DNA from: Gammaproteobacteria bacterium
GTDB lineage: Bacteria; Pseudomonadota; Gammaproteobacteria; Ga0077536
Assembly: GCA_016874535.1 (NCBI GenBank)
Contig: VGUA01000001.1
Coordinates: 41,188-105,187, forward strand
Direction: 5' to 3'
DNA: 64,000 bases
Shown: positions 18,856-27,658 of the stretch, in pieces
Position numbering within the stretch: the first letter of the stretch is position 1
Layout of the letters: every line of letters starts with the position of its first letter
The notes under the pieces: model-generated
Told to the model about the DNA's origin: nothing
The model's input: only the letters and a program-made list of their open reading frames with translations
Database searches by the model: none
Position numbers and translations under genes: made by a program

Positions 18856-19098
18856 GTCGGCAGTATAGGACTTCAGGCCTCTTCGCTCGAACCGGCACTA
18901 ACCCATTCAGGCGATGACCGCAGCGTGCGACCGCCGCCTAGACTGCAGGCGCCCGGCGGAGGGGAATGCGGCAGGTCATTGCTGCATTGCCGTCGGGTAC
19001 CGGTTCCTCGCGGAATCGGGGTGGAAACCGTATCTCCGCATCGGCTTCGTGCCGGCGTGGAGAGACCGGACCACAGGCCCTTTCACTGCCTGACCTTG

Positions 19099-19131
19099 GC
19101 GCCCGGGGGTCATACCCCGGGCGCAATTTTT
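19099..19131 (+). terminator. Orphan rho-independent terminator (GGCGCCCGGGGGT-CATA-CCCCGGGCGC followed by AATTTTTCAATT)
   Basis: 10-12 bp GC stem, 4-nt loop and a T-run. It sits ~130 nt upstream of the hpaB-like ATG, with no + strand gene upstream. It may be the end of a small RNA or an attenuator. Confidence 0.45.
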
Positions 19132-19259
19132 CAATTCTCCTTTACCTCCCCGACAGGACGCCTGTGGCATGCGCCCGGGTGTCAGCCCGGCACGTGCATG
19201 CCTACAATCGACCGCACAAGAATGCAGATACAGGCCGCAGGAACCGGGGGGCAGAACCG

Positions 19260-20675
19260 ATGGGATTGATGACCGCCGCGCACTACCGCGCTTCGCTGGA
19301 TGATGGACGGGTGATTCATTGGGGGGGCGAGAAGATTGCAAAGCCATCCACGCATCCGCGCTTTCGCGTGCCCCTGGAAGTGGCGGCCCGGGACTATGCC
19401 TACGATGACCCGACGCTGCGTGATCTGCTGGTCTACGAGACCGAGGAAAACCAGCTCGCCAACCGCATCTTCCAGGTCCCTCGTACGCCGGAGGAGCTGT
19501 CGCTGCGACTCGCGCTCGGCAAGCACATGAGCATCGTGGGCGGCGTGACCGGCGTATACATGGCCCTGCTGCAGATCCGGGAGAAGGTGGCCGCCGTCAA
19601 TCCGCTCTACGGGGAGAACATCGAGCGCGTCTACCGCAACGCCCGCCAGCATGATCTGCGTGCCGCGGAGGTCATCACGGACGCCAAGGGAGATCGTTCA
19701 AAAAAGGCCCACGAGCAACTGGACCCGGATCTGTATCTGCGCATCGTGGAACGCCGGCCGGAGGGCATCGTGGTGCGTGGCGCCAAGCTCCACATCACGG
19801 GCGCCGCACTGGTGCACGAGCTGGTCGTGATGCCGACCAAGGCGATGCGTGCCGAGGAAGCGGACTATGCGGTGGCTTTCTGCATCCCGGTCAATACGCC
19901 CGGCGTGCGCATCATCAATCGCAGTTTCGCGCCCGCTGATCTGAACGAATTCGACTATCCGGCCAGCGCACACCACAGCATTCCCGAAGGCTTCGTGGTC
20001 TTTGATGATGTGCTGGTGCCGTGGGATCGCGTGTTGCTTGCCGGTGAATACCAGCTCGCGGGAGCTTTCGCGGCGGCGCTCGGCCTGTGGGAGCGCACCT
20101 TGGGTCTCGTGCTCGCCGAACGTGAGGCCGAAATCATGGTGGGCCTGGCCGATCTCGTCACCGAACAGCAGGGCAAGGAACGCGATCCGCATGTGCAGGA
20201 TGCGCTGGCGGAACTCATGTGCTATGCGGAAACCATCCGCATGGGCCTTGATCACGCAGTTCGCCATTACGAGAGCACGGCGAGCGGCATGCTGCATCCC
20301 AATACGCTCAGCATCAACGTCACCAAGTATTACTACGCCTCGCACTTCCACCAGATGGTGGGCAAGCTGCACGACGTGGCGGGCGGACTCACCATCACCT
20401 TGCCGGAGGAAGCGGACCTCAGGGATCCGGAGTCAGGCCCGTACCTGCGCAAATACCTGGCGGCCAAACCGGGCACGGACATCGAGCAACGCATGCGGGT
20501 GTACACACTGATCCGCGATCTCACGGCGGATGCCTATGGCGGCTGGAATCTCGTCACCGCCCTGCAGGCGGGAGGCGGACTCAAGGCCCAGCGCATCATG
20601 ATGGCCCGCACCTACGACATGCCGCGTGCCCGCAGATCCGCGCTTGCTGCCGCGGGCGCACTCAAGGACCACTGA
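19260..20675 (+). CDS. HpaB-family flavin-dependent oxygenase component (4-hydroxyphenylacetate 3-monooxygenase / 4-hydroxybutyryl-CoA dehydratase family)
   Basis: 471 aa from the ATG at 19260. The N-terminal track extension contains the terminator and has no homology. Full-length HpaB/AbfD-like fold signatures are present. The exact subfamily was not resolved. Confidence 0.6.
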   Translation: MGLMTAAHYRASLDDGRVIHWGGEKIAKPSTHPRFRVPLEVAARDYAYDDPTLRDLLVYETEENQLANRIFQVPRTPEELSLRLALGKHMSIVGGVTGVYMALLQIREKVAAVNPLYGENIERVYRNARQHDLRAAEVITDAKGDRSKKAHEQLDPDLYLRIVERRPEGIVVRGAKLHITGAALVHELVVMPTKAMRAEEADYAVAFCIPVNTPGVRIINRSFAPADLNEFDYPASAHHSIPEGFVVFDDVLVPWDRVLLAGEYQLAGAFAAALGLWERTLGLVLAEREAEIMVGLADLVTEQQGKERDPHVQDALAELMCYAETIRMGLDHAVRHYESTASGMLHPNTLSINVTKYYYASHFHQMVGKLHDVAGGLTITLPEEADLRDPESGPYLRKYLAAKPGTDIEQRMRVYTLIRDLTADAYGGWNLVTALQAGGGLKAQRIMMARTYDMPRARRSALAAAGALKDH

Positions 20676-20701
20676 TCATCATCCCTCAACCGCCCGCTGT
20701 C

Positions 20702-21925
20702 GTGAGGTTCCTGGGATGGCGGGTGGTGGCCGCCGCCTTCGCGGTGATGTTCTTCGCCTATGGCCTGCAATTCAGCTTCGGGGTGATAGCCACCGGCATG
20801 GGTGAGGATCTCGGCTGGAGTCGTGCGCAGACGGCCCTGCCATATTCGGTCTATGTGTTCCTGTACAGCGCCTTGTCGGCAGTGACCGGCCACGCCACCG
20901 ATCGCTTCGGCCCGCGTGCGGTGATCGGGGCCGGCGCACTCATCATCGGCATCGGCTGGGGCGGAAGTGCCCTCGTCACCCAGCCCTGGCACCTGATGGC
21001 GAGCCTCGGTGTCATCGCTGCAATTGGCATGAGCGTGGCATGGGTGCCCTGCAACGCCACGGTTGCACGCTGGTTCACGCGTCGGCGCGGGACGGCTGTC
21101 GCCATCGCTTCCACTGGCGCCAGCCTCGGCAATTTCCTGGGGCCCGCGCTGACGGCCTTGATGATGCAGGCTTGGGGGTGGCGCATCGCGCTCGCGGCAC
21201 TTGCCCTCGTGAGTGCTGTTGCAATCCTCATCGCCTCCCGTTTCATGCTGCGTGATCCGGAATCCTTCGGGCAGTGGCCCGATGGGGATGAGGTCTCGCC
21301 CGCGCCCCACCTGCTGGGTGCCGGGTTGCGCGTCCGCGAGCTGTGGAAAGATCTGCGTTTCCTCCTCGTGATCATCATCTATTTCTTCACCTGGCTCGCG
21401 ATCTTCGTGCCCTTCATGCACGCCCCCGCCCACGCCGGGGATCTGGGTTTGGGCGATCTGGTTGGCGCCTCGCTCCTGAGCGCCATCGGGATTGGCGGCA
21501 TGGTGGGGCGTCTTTTCACCGGCTCAGTCTCCGACCGCTTCGGTCGCGCGCCCACATTGCTCTCCATCTGCCTCCTGCAGGCGTTGAGCTTCCTGCTCTT
21601 TGCCGTCCTTCAGGATGTCGCCGGCCTTTGGCTCGCGGCGCTGGTATTCGGCGTGTCCTATGGTGGGGGTGTGGTTCTGCTGCCGGCGCTTTGCGGAGAT
21701 CTCTTCGGCCGCGCGCATGTGGCGAGCGTCGTCGGGGTGATCTTCGCGGTGGCGGGCGCGCCCGCCGCTTTCGGGCCATGGTTCGCGGGTTGGCTGTATG
21801 ACATCAGTGGGCATTATCAGGGGGCATTCCTGTTCTCTGCCGCAATGAATGCCTGCGCGTTCCTTTTCACCCTGCTGCTTGCCTGGCATCTGCACCGTCG
21901 CGCCCGGCGTGAAGCCGGCACATGA
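20702..21925 (+). CDS. MFS transporter
   Basis: 407 aa with 12 predicted TM segments and the MFS motif after TM2 (GHATDRFGPR). GTG start. Confidence 0.8.
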   Translation: MRFLGWRVVAAAFAVMFFAYGLQFSFGVIATGMGEDLGWSRAQTALPYSVYVFLYSALSAVTGHATDRFGPRAVIGAGALIIGIGWGGSALVTQPWHLMASLGVIAAIGMSVAWVPCNATVARWFTRRRGTAVAIASTGASLGNFLGPALTALMMQAWGWRIALAALALVSAVAILIASRFMLRDPESFGQWPDGDEVSPAPHLLGAGLRVRELWKDLRFLLVIIIYFFTWLAIFVPFMHAPAHAGDLGLGDLVGASLLSAIGIGGMVGRLFTGSVSDRFGRAPTLLSICLLQALSFLLFAVLQDVAGLWLAALVFGVSYGGGVVLLPALCGDLFGRAHVASVVGVIFAVAGAPAAFGPWFAGWLYDISGHYQGAFLFSAAMNACAFLFTLLLAWHLHRRARREAGT

Positions 21926-21947
21926 TTCAATCCCGCTACTGTCCTGC

Positions 21948-23636
21948 CTACTGACTGTCCGGCAGACTGAAATGGAAGGGGCCATCCAGCGCCTCCAGCA
22001 CCTTTGCGTCCCGCCGATAGACATCGTCGCGAAAGTTCACGGCGTTCTCCGCATCCACATAGGCGGTGAGATACAGCAACAGGATGGGTAAAGGGTCGCG
22101 CAAGGCGATGGGCGTGCGCACGCCGCTGTCGAGCGTCGCCTGCACCTTCTCCGGTGGCCAGGCCGGATCTCCAGCCAGCAACAGATGCGCGAGTTCGAAA
22201 GGTCGCTCCAGACGGATGCAGCCGGAACTGAATACCCGGGACTCCTGTGCGAAGAGATCGCGCGCCGGGGTGTCGTGCAGGTACACGGTGTACGGATTGG
22301 GGAACAGGAATTTGATGCGCCCCAGGGAGTTGTCGTCTCCCGGAGGCTGTCTCAGCACGTAGGGGAAAGCGCCGGTTGCGAGTGTGGTCCAGTCCAGCGT
22401 GGCGGGATCGACCGGCGCGCCTGTCCGATCGAATACCTGCAAACCCTTCGCCTGCAGGTAAGCCGGATCGCGCCTCAGTGCGGGCAACACATCCTGCCTG
22501 AGGATGCCGGGTGGCACCGTCCAGGTGGGATTGATTTCGAGTGAGGTGATTTGCGCGCGAAAGACCGGAGTCTGGCGATAGGGCCTGCCCACTATCGTGC
22601 GGGCTCGCCAGAGAAGCTTGCCGTCGGCAATGAGGCCGGCTTCGAATGCTGCGATATTCACGGCCAGGAAACGCGCTGGAAGGTCGCGTGCTATCCAGCG
22701 CAGACGCTCCAGGTTCACACGCAACTGATCAATCCGGCGCGCGCGCGGCACATTGAGCGCGGCGCGCGTGCGCGGACCTACCACGCCATCGACGCTGAGG
22801 CCATGCGTGGCCTGGAACGCCCGGACCTGCGCTTCCAGCGCCGCGTCGTAGAGTGTGAAAGGTGTCTGCTGCTGCGGCTTTGTCCGCCCATCCGCCGCGA
22901 GGCGCAGCCTCAACGTGGCAACCGCGGGATTCTCCTCACCCGGACGCAGTGAAGGCCCATCCTCCAGTTGTGGCCCTTCGGGCTACCGTGCCTCTGCGAG
23001 CAGGGTGGCGTGGGCCTCGCGCAGGATGTGATACCAGGAAGCATCGGGACGCAGGGCAGACAAGGCCTCGGTCACCCTGCCGGTACGCAGGGTCTGCACC
23101 AGCCAGTCCGCCGCCTGCTCCCGACCCAGATGACGCGGGTAATTCCAGGTGCGACTGAGTTCGCGCGGATCAGTGCGCCCGAAGCGCAGGCTGTAAGCGA
23201 GCCTCAGCAGGCTTTCACTGGAAACGATTTCCCGGGCAGCACACGCCGATGAGCCGGGCTCCTGCGTAAGCCCCGGGAGCGGATAATCTCGAGGACGCAG
23301 ACCATCGTTGACGCTGTCGGCAATGGCGGCCACCAGTTGAGCGTTGGTATCGGGGCTCCACAGCGGCTGGTAATCGATGCGGGCGTAGATCTGCTCAAGC
23401 AGGGTGCGCGCCTTGATTTCAACACCTTCGACGCTGAGCGATGCGACGGGCGAAGCCAGCTGGCGGCGCAACTCGGCCGCGCAGGGCTCGTGCCACTCCT
23501 GACTTGGACTGGCCTGTCCGGGCGCCACGCCCGGACCTGGCAGGAAAATGACCAGCAATGCGAAGCGACCGCGCACCGTCAGAGTTCCCTTGTGGGTGGC
23601 ATGGCCCGGAATTGTGCACTTATACTGAAGACCCAT
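21948..23636 (-). pseudogene. YcbB/LdtD-like L,D-transpeptidase interrupted by an in-frame TAG
   Basis: Track ORFs 22983..23771 (N-terminal YcbB domain, signal peptide at M46) and 21948..22913 (PG-binding plus YkuD catalytic domain HDTP...SSGCIRL) are in the same frame. They are separated only by TAG at 22983-22985 and 23 sense codons. Confidence 0.6.
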
Positions 23637-23659
23637 CCTCCCGGACTCCTCAGGTTTGC

Positions 23660-24208
23660 ATGATGCAGGCATCTCCGTCGCGCGGAACTTCGCGCAGGAA
23701 TTTCCTTCGCCTCTCGGGGCTTCTCTGTGCGACTGCCACCACGCGCGCCCTGGCCATGGCGGCCCCCGCACGTGATCTTGCCTTCGCCCATACCCATACC
23801 AGCGAGACGCTTGCGGTGACGTACTGGCGCGGTGGTGCCTACGATCGTCCCGCGCTCGCCTCCATCAATCATCTGCTGCGCGACTTCCGTACGGGACAGG
23901 TCCACGCCATCGAACCAAATCTGCTGGACTACCTTCACGCCGTGCGCTGCGTGCTCGATTGCGATGCCCCGTTTGAAGTGATTTCCGGCTTCCGCAGTCC
24001 GGCCACCAACGAGATGCTGCAACAACGCAGCGGTGGCGTCGCCACCTACAGCCTGCACATGGAGGGGCGCGCCATCGACGTGCGCGTGCCGGGCGTTCCC
24101 ACCTCACGCCTGCGAGATGCCGCCGCCAGCCTCAAGCTGGGTGGCGTGGGGTATTACGCGTCCTCCGGTTTTGTGCATCTGGATACCGGGCGTTTCCGTC
24201 AGTGGTGA
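23660..24208 (+). CDS. DUF882/YcbK(MepK)-like peptidase M15 family protein, Tat-secreted
   Basis: Twin-arginine signal (SRRNFLRLSGLL) followed by the DUF882 zinc D,D-peptidase fold. Divergent partner of the ycbB-like gene, as in E. coli ycbB-ycbK. Confidence 0.75.
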   Translation: MMQASPSRGTSRRNFLRLSGLLCATATTRALAMAAPARDLAFAHTHTSETLAVTYWRGGAYDRPALASINHLLRDFRTGQVHAIEPNLLDYLHAVRCVLDCDAPFEVISGFRSPATNEMLQQRSGGVATYSLHMEGRAIDVRVPGVPTSRLRDAAASLKLGGVGYYASSGFVHLDTGRFRQW

Positions 24209-25110
24209 TCGGCGCAGTGCGCGCCCGCGCTCTGCTGCTGCTTCTGGTGCTCGCGCTGTTAAGTGCTTGCAGTACCGTTCGTCTCACCTATAACCAGGCA
24301 CCTACGCTCGCCTGGTGGTGGATGGATGGCTATCTCGATTTCAACGAAGTGCAGGCGGTCACGGCGCGACAGGGCTTGCAGGACTGGTTCGCCTGGCATC
24401 GCCGGTATGAGCTGCCGGCGTATGCGGATCTCCTCGTCGAAATACGCGAGGGGCTCAAGGGTGAAGTGGACGGCGCGAAAGTGTGCGCCTGGCGCTCCGC
24501 ACTCACCGCGCATCTCCTCACCGCCTTCGAGGCCGGTGTACCGCCCTTGTCCCGTCTTGCGGCCACCTTCGAACCTGCGCAGGTCGCTCACCTGGAAGAA
24601 CGCTTCCGCACCTCCAACGAAGAATTGCAGAAGGAGTATGGCAGCGGGTCACTGGAAGCGCGGACCGCACGCTCGCGCAAGCGGACCGAAGGTTTTCTGA
24701 AGCGCCTGTATGGCCGGCTGGACACCCCGCAGCGGGAGCATATTCTCCGGCACACGCGAGAGACGTCCTTTGATCCTGTGCGCTGGCTGGATGAACGTGC
24801 CCATCGCCAGGCCTTCGTGCTGTCGGAGCTGCGTGCAGTGGTGGCGATGAAAGGGAAGAGTGCCGAGGCCGCGCCGCTTGCCAGGGCGGAGCAGATGCTG
24901 CGCGCCTATGCGGCGCTTTATGCGGAGTCCCCGCGGGCCGACTACCAGACTTACCGCGAGCAGCTCATCGAGCGTAACTGCGCGCTGTTTGCAGAAGTCC
25001 ATGCCATGGCGAGTCCACGGCAACGCCAACGCGCAGAGAAGACGCTGCGCGGATGGGAGAAGGATCTGCGCCTGCTTGCCAGCCAGTCCGCCGCCGTCCC
25101 GGCTGATTGA
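24202..25110 (+). CDS. lipoprotein of unknown function
   Basis: Lipobox signal (LLLVLALLSAC); no recognisable domain. GTG start overlapping the ycbK-like stop. Confidence 0.55.
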   Translation: MVIGAVRARALLLLLVLALLSACSTVRLTYNQAPTLAWWWMDGYLDFNEVQAVTARQGLQDWFAWHRRYELPAYADLLVEIREGLKGEVDGAKVCAWRSALTAHLLTAFEAGVPPLSRLAATFEPAQVAHLEERFRTSNEELQKEYGSGSLEARTARSRKRTEGFLKRLYGRLDTPQREHILRHTRETSFDPVRWLDERAHRQAFVLSELRAVVAMKGKSAEAAPLARAEQMLRAYAALYAESPRADYQTYREQLIERNCALFAEVHAMASPRQRQRAEKTLRGWEKDLRLLASQSAAVPAD

Positions 25111-25113
25111 GGC

Positions 25114-25371
25114 TCAGCGCTCCCTGCGCCCCGCCGGACGTCGCGCCGGCTGGATATCCACCGATCCCAGGCGAGGCTCGAAGACTATCTCGGCCTCACC
25201 CCGCTCAAGCTGCGCCAGCACGTGATCCACTTTTTCGGCCAAGGTGAATTCGTGCGCACCGTAATCGGTGCCCTCGCGCAGCACTAAAGCCTCCACCACG
25301 CCGCGCAGGGCTTCATTCGTGAGTGCGGTCCACGGCACGAGGACCGGACTGTCATCGATGTCCTCAGTCAC
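25114..25371 (-). CDS. yheU: YheU-family (UPF0270) protein
   Basis: 85 aa. The block VLVPW..L..E.L.G..E..VLREGTDYG.HE.TL..KV aligns with E. coli YheU. Confidence 0.7.
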   Translation of the reverse strand: MTEDIDDSPVLVPWTALTNEALRGVVEALVLREGTDYGAHEFTLAEKVDHVLAQLERGEAEIVFEPRLGSVDIQPARRPAGRRER

Positions 25372-26320
25372 ATTGATGAATCTCGGCGGTCACATGCGCA
25401 ATCTCGTCATGAATACGCAGGCGCTGGCGGATGATCTCCGCGGTGAGCGTGCGCTCGTGCGTCACCACGCTGACGGCCACGGCATAAGCTCGCTTGCCCA
25501 CACGCCAGACATGCAGATCGGTAATGCGGGTATCACCCTGATCGGCTCCGGTCTCCACGGCCTCCCGGATTTCCGCCACCACCGGATCATCCATCTCGCG
25601 GTCGAGCAGCACCCGGCTGGATTGCCGAATGGGGCCCAGCGCCCACACCGAAACCACCACCGCACCCACGAGCCCCATCACCGGGTCCAGCCACTGCCAG
25701 CCGAACAGGGCGCCACCGGTCAACGCAAGCATGGCGAGAATGGAGGTGGCCGCATCGGCCAGCACATGCAGATAGGCGGCGCGGAGATTGAGATCCGCGT
25801 GATGCCCGGCGTGTGTGTCGCCGTGGTCGTGATCATGGTGATGATGGTGGGCGTAGTCGTGGTGATGGGCGAGGCCAAGAATGCGTGCGCACAGCAGATT
25901 GACCACAAAGCCTGCGGCCGCCACCCACAGCGCGGGGCCGTAATCGATGGCCTGTGGCGCGAGCAGGCGATGGATGGCGCCGGCCGCCATCAGGGCTGCC
26001 ATCACCAGCAGCAGCACGGCGCTGGTATAGGCACCCAGGATTTCGATCTTCCAGGTTCCAAAGGCATAACGGGGATCTGCGGCGAGGCGACGGGCTGCCA
26101 CATAGGCAAAGGCCGTGAGCCCGATGGCAAAAGCATGCGAACCCATGTGAATGCCGTCGGCGAGCAAGGCCATGGAGTTGAACCACCAGCCGGCGACGAT
26201 TTCGACCACCATCATGGCCAGCGTAATGGCGGCGACCAGACGGGTGCCGCGCTCGGCAGCGGCCGTCGCCGAGTGAAAATGATGCTCGTGAGTCCACGGC
26301 GAAAGGTCATGGGTGTGCAT
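25364..26320 (-). CDS. cation diffusion facilitator (CzcD-like) metal efflux transporter
   Basis: 6-TM CDF core, a His-rich cytoplasmic loop (HHHDYAHHHHHDHDHGDTHAGHH) and a C-terminal cytoplasmic domain. Confidence 0.85.
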   Translation of the reverse strand: MHTHDLSPWTHEHHFHSATAAAERGTRLVAAITLAMMVVEIVAGWWFNSMALLADGIHMGSHAFAIGLTAFAYVAARRLAADPRYAFGTWKIEILGAYTSAVLLLVMAALMAAGAIHRLLAPQAIDYGPALWVAAAGFVVNLLCARILGLAHHHDYAHHHHHDHDHGDTHAGHHADLNLRAAYLHVLADAATSILAMLALTGGALFGWQWLDPVMGLVGAVVVSVWALGPIRQSSRVLLDREMDDPVVAEIREAVETGADQGDTRITDLHVWRVGKRAYAVAVSVVTHERTLTAEIIRQRLRIHDEIAHVTAEIHQCD

Positions 26321-26471
26321 GGGGGAGACCTGATGATGGGGCGTGGGCCGATCCTAGCAGCTGACCGTCCCTACGCCCGAATTGAATGCGAGTTGCGGTC
26401 ACGGCCAACCCTGACTGCCCCGGGGCTTTCTGCCACAATCGGCAATCACTCCGTCGCAGGCCCGCATCCCC

Positions 26472-27644
26472 ATGGTTTGCCCAAGCACGTCCCGGCTCCC
26501 GTCTCCGTACAGGTTCGTCCTTCCTGCGGCGCTGGCATCGCTGTTCTCCCTTGGCGTGCAGGGCGCGTTCGCCGCCGATGCGCCTGCCGCCGCGCCGCCG
26601 CCCGCGGTCACGGTGGCTAAGCCCGCGTTCAAGGAAGTCACCGAATGGGACGAATACACGGGCCGCTTCGTCGCCCAGCAGCGTGTGGATGTGAGGGCTC
26701 GTGTCTCGGGCTATCTGCAGGAAGTGGTGCTCTCCGAGGGCCACATGGTGGAAGAAGGGCAGGTGCTTTTCCGGATCGATCCCGAACCCTTTGAAGCCGA
26801 AGTGGCGCGGGCCGAGGCCAAGGTCGCGCGAGCGAGCACTACGTTGAAAGTGGCCGAGCTCGAGTTCGAACGTGGTGAGCGGCTGGCGTCCTCCAAGGCC
26901 ATGAGTCGCGAGACCATGGAAGAACGCAGGGCCAACCGGGACGCGGCCAAGGCCGACGTGGAAGCCGCCAGGGCGGAGCTGCGCCTCGCCCGGCTCAATC
27001 TCGACTACACCGAAGTGCGGGCCCCGATCTCCGGCCTCGCCTCCGATGTGCGTGTGGATCGCGGCAATCTCATCTCCGGTGGCAGCGCCGATTCCACCGT
27101 ACTCACGACCATCCTGAAGCTGGACCCCATCGAACTCGAGATTGAGGCCTCGGAGAGCGAGTTTCTGCGCTATTCACGCCTCGAAACTGCGGGCACCCGG
27201 CAATCCTCGCGCAACATCGCCAATCCCGTGGAAGCCATGCTGATCGACGAGGACGAGTGGGCGCACAAGGGCCAGATGACCTTTGTCGACAACGAAATCG
27301 ATGTGAACACCGCGACCATGCGTGGCCGGGCGACCTTCGCCAATCCGGGGCATGTACTGCTGCCCGGCATGTTTGCCCGGGTGCGCCTGCTCGGTGCTGG
27401 CGCACATGAGGCGATACTGGTGCCGGAAGAGGCCATCGTTGCCGATCAGGCCCGCAAGCTCCTCATGGTGGTGGGCAAGGACAACATCATCGAGGCCCGC
27501 CCCGTGGTTCTGGGACCGATGATTGATGGCCTGCGCCTGATCCGGGAGGGCTTGGCGCCCGAGGAGAGCATCGTGGTCAATGGAGTCCAGCGCGCCCACC
27601 CCGGCAAGCCGGTCACTCCCCAAGAAGCTTCGGCGCCGCGCTAG
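26472..27644 (+). CDS. RND efflux periplasmic adaptor (membrane fusion protein)
   Basis: Signal peptide, coiled-coil hairpin and lipoyl/beta-barrel domains typical of the HlyD/AcrA family. Confidence 0.85.
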   Translation: MVCPSTSRLPSPYRFVLPAALASLFSLGVQGAFAADAPAAAPPPAVTVAKPAFKEVTEWDEYTGRFVAQQRVDVRARVSGYLQEVVLSEGHMVEEGQVLFRIDPEPFEAEVARAEAKVARASTTLKVAELEFERGERLASSKAMSRETMEERRANRDAAKADVEAARAELRLARLNLDYTEVRAPISGLASDVRVDRGNLISGGSADSTVLTTILKLDPIELEIEASESEFLRYSRLETAGTRQSSRNIANPVEAMLIDEDEWAHKGQMTFVDNEIDVNTATMRGRATFANPGHVLLPGMFARVRLLGAGAHEAILVPEEAIVADQARKLLMVVGKDNIIEARPVVLGPMIDGLRLIREGLAPEESIVVNGVQRAHPGKPVTPQEASAPR

Positions 27645-27658
27645 CCGGCGGCTCCCGC

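Noticed and set aside
18966-19259. 98-aa N-terminal extension of the hpaB-like ORF in the track
   Set aside because: It contains the intrinsic terminator hairpin, has no homology, and the conserved HpaB N-terminus begins at the ATG at 19260.
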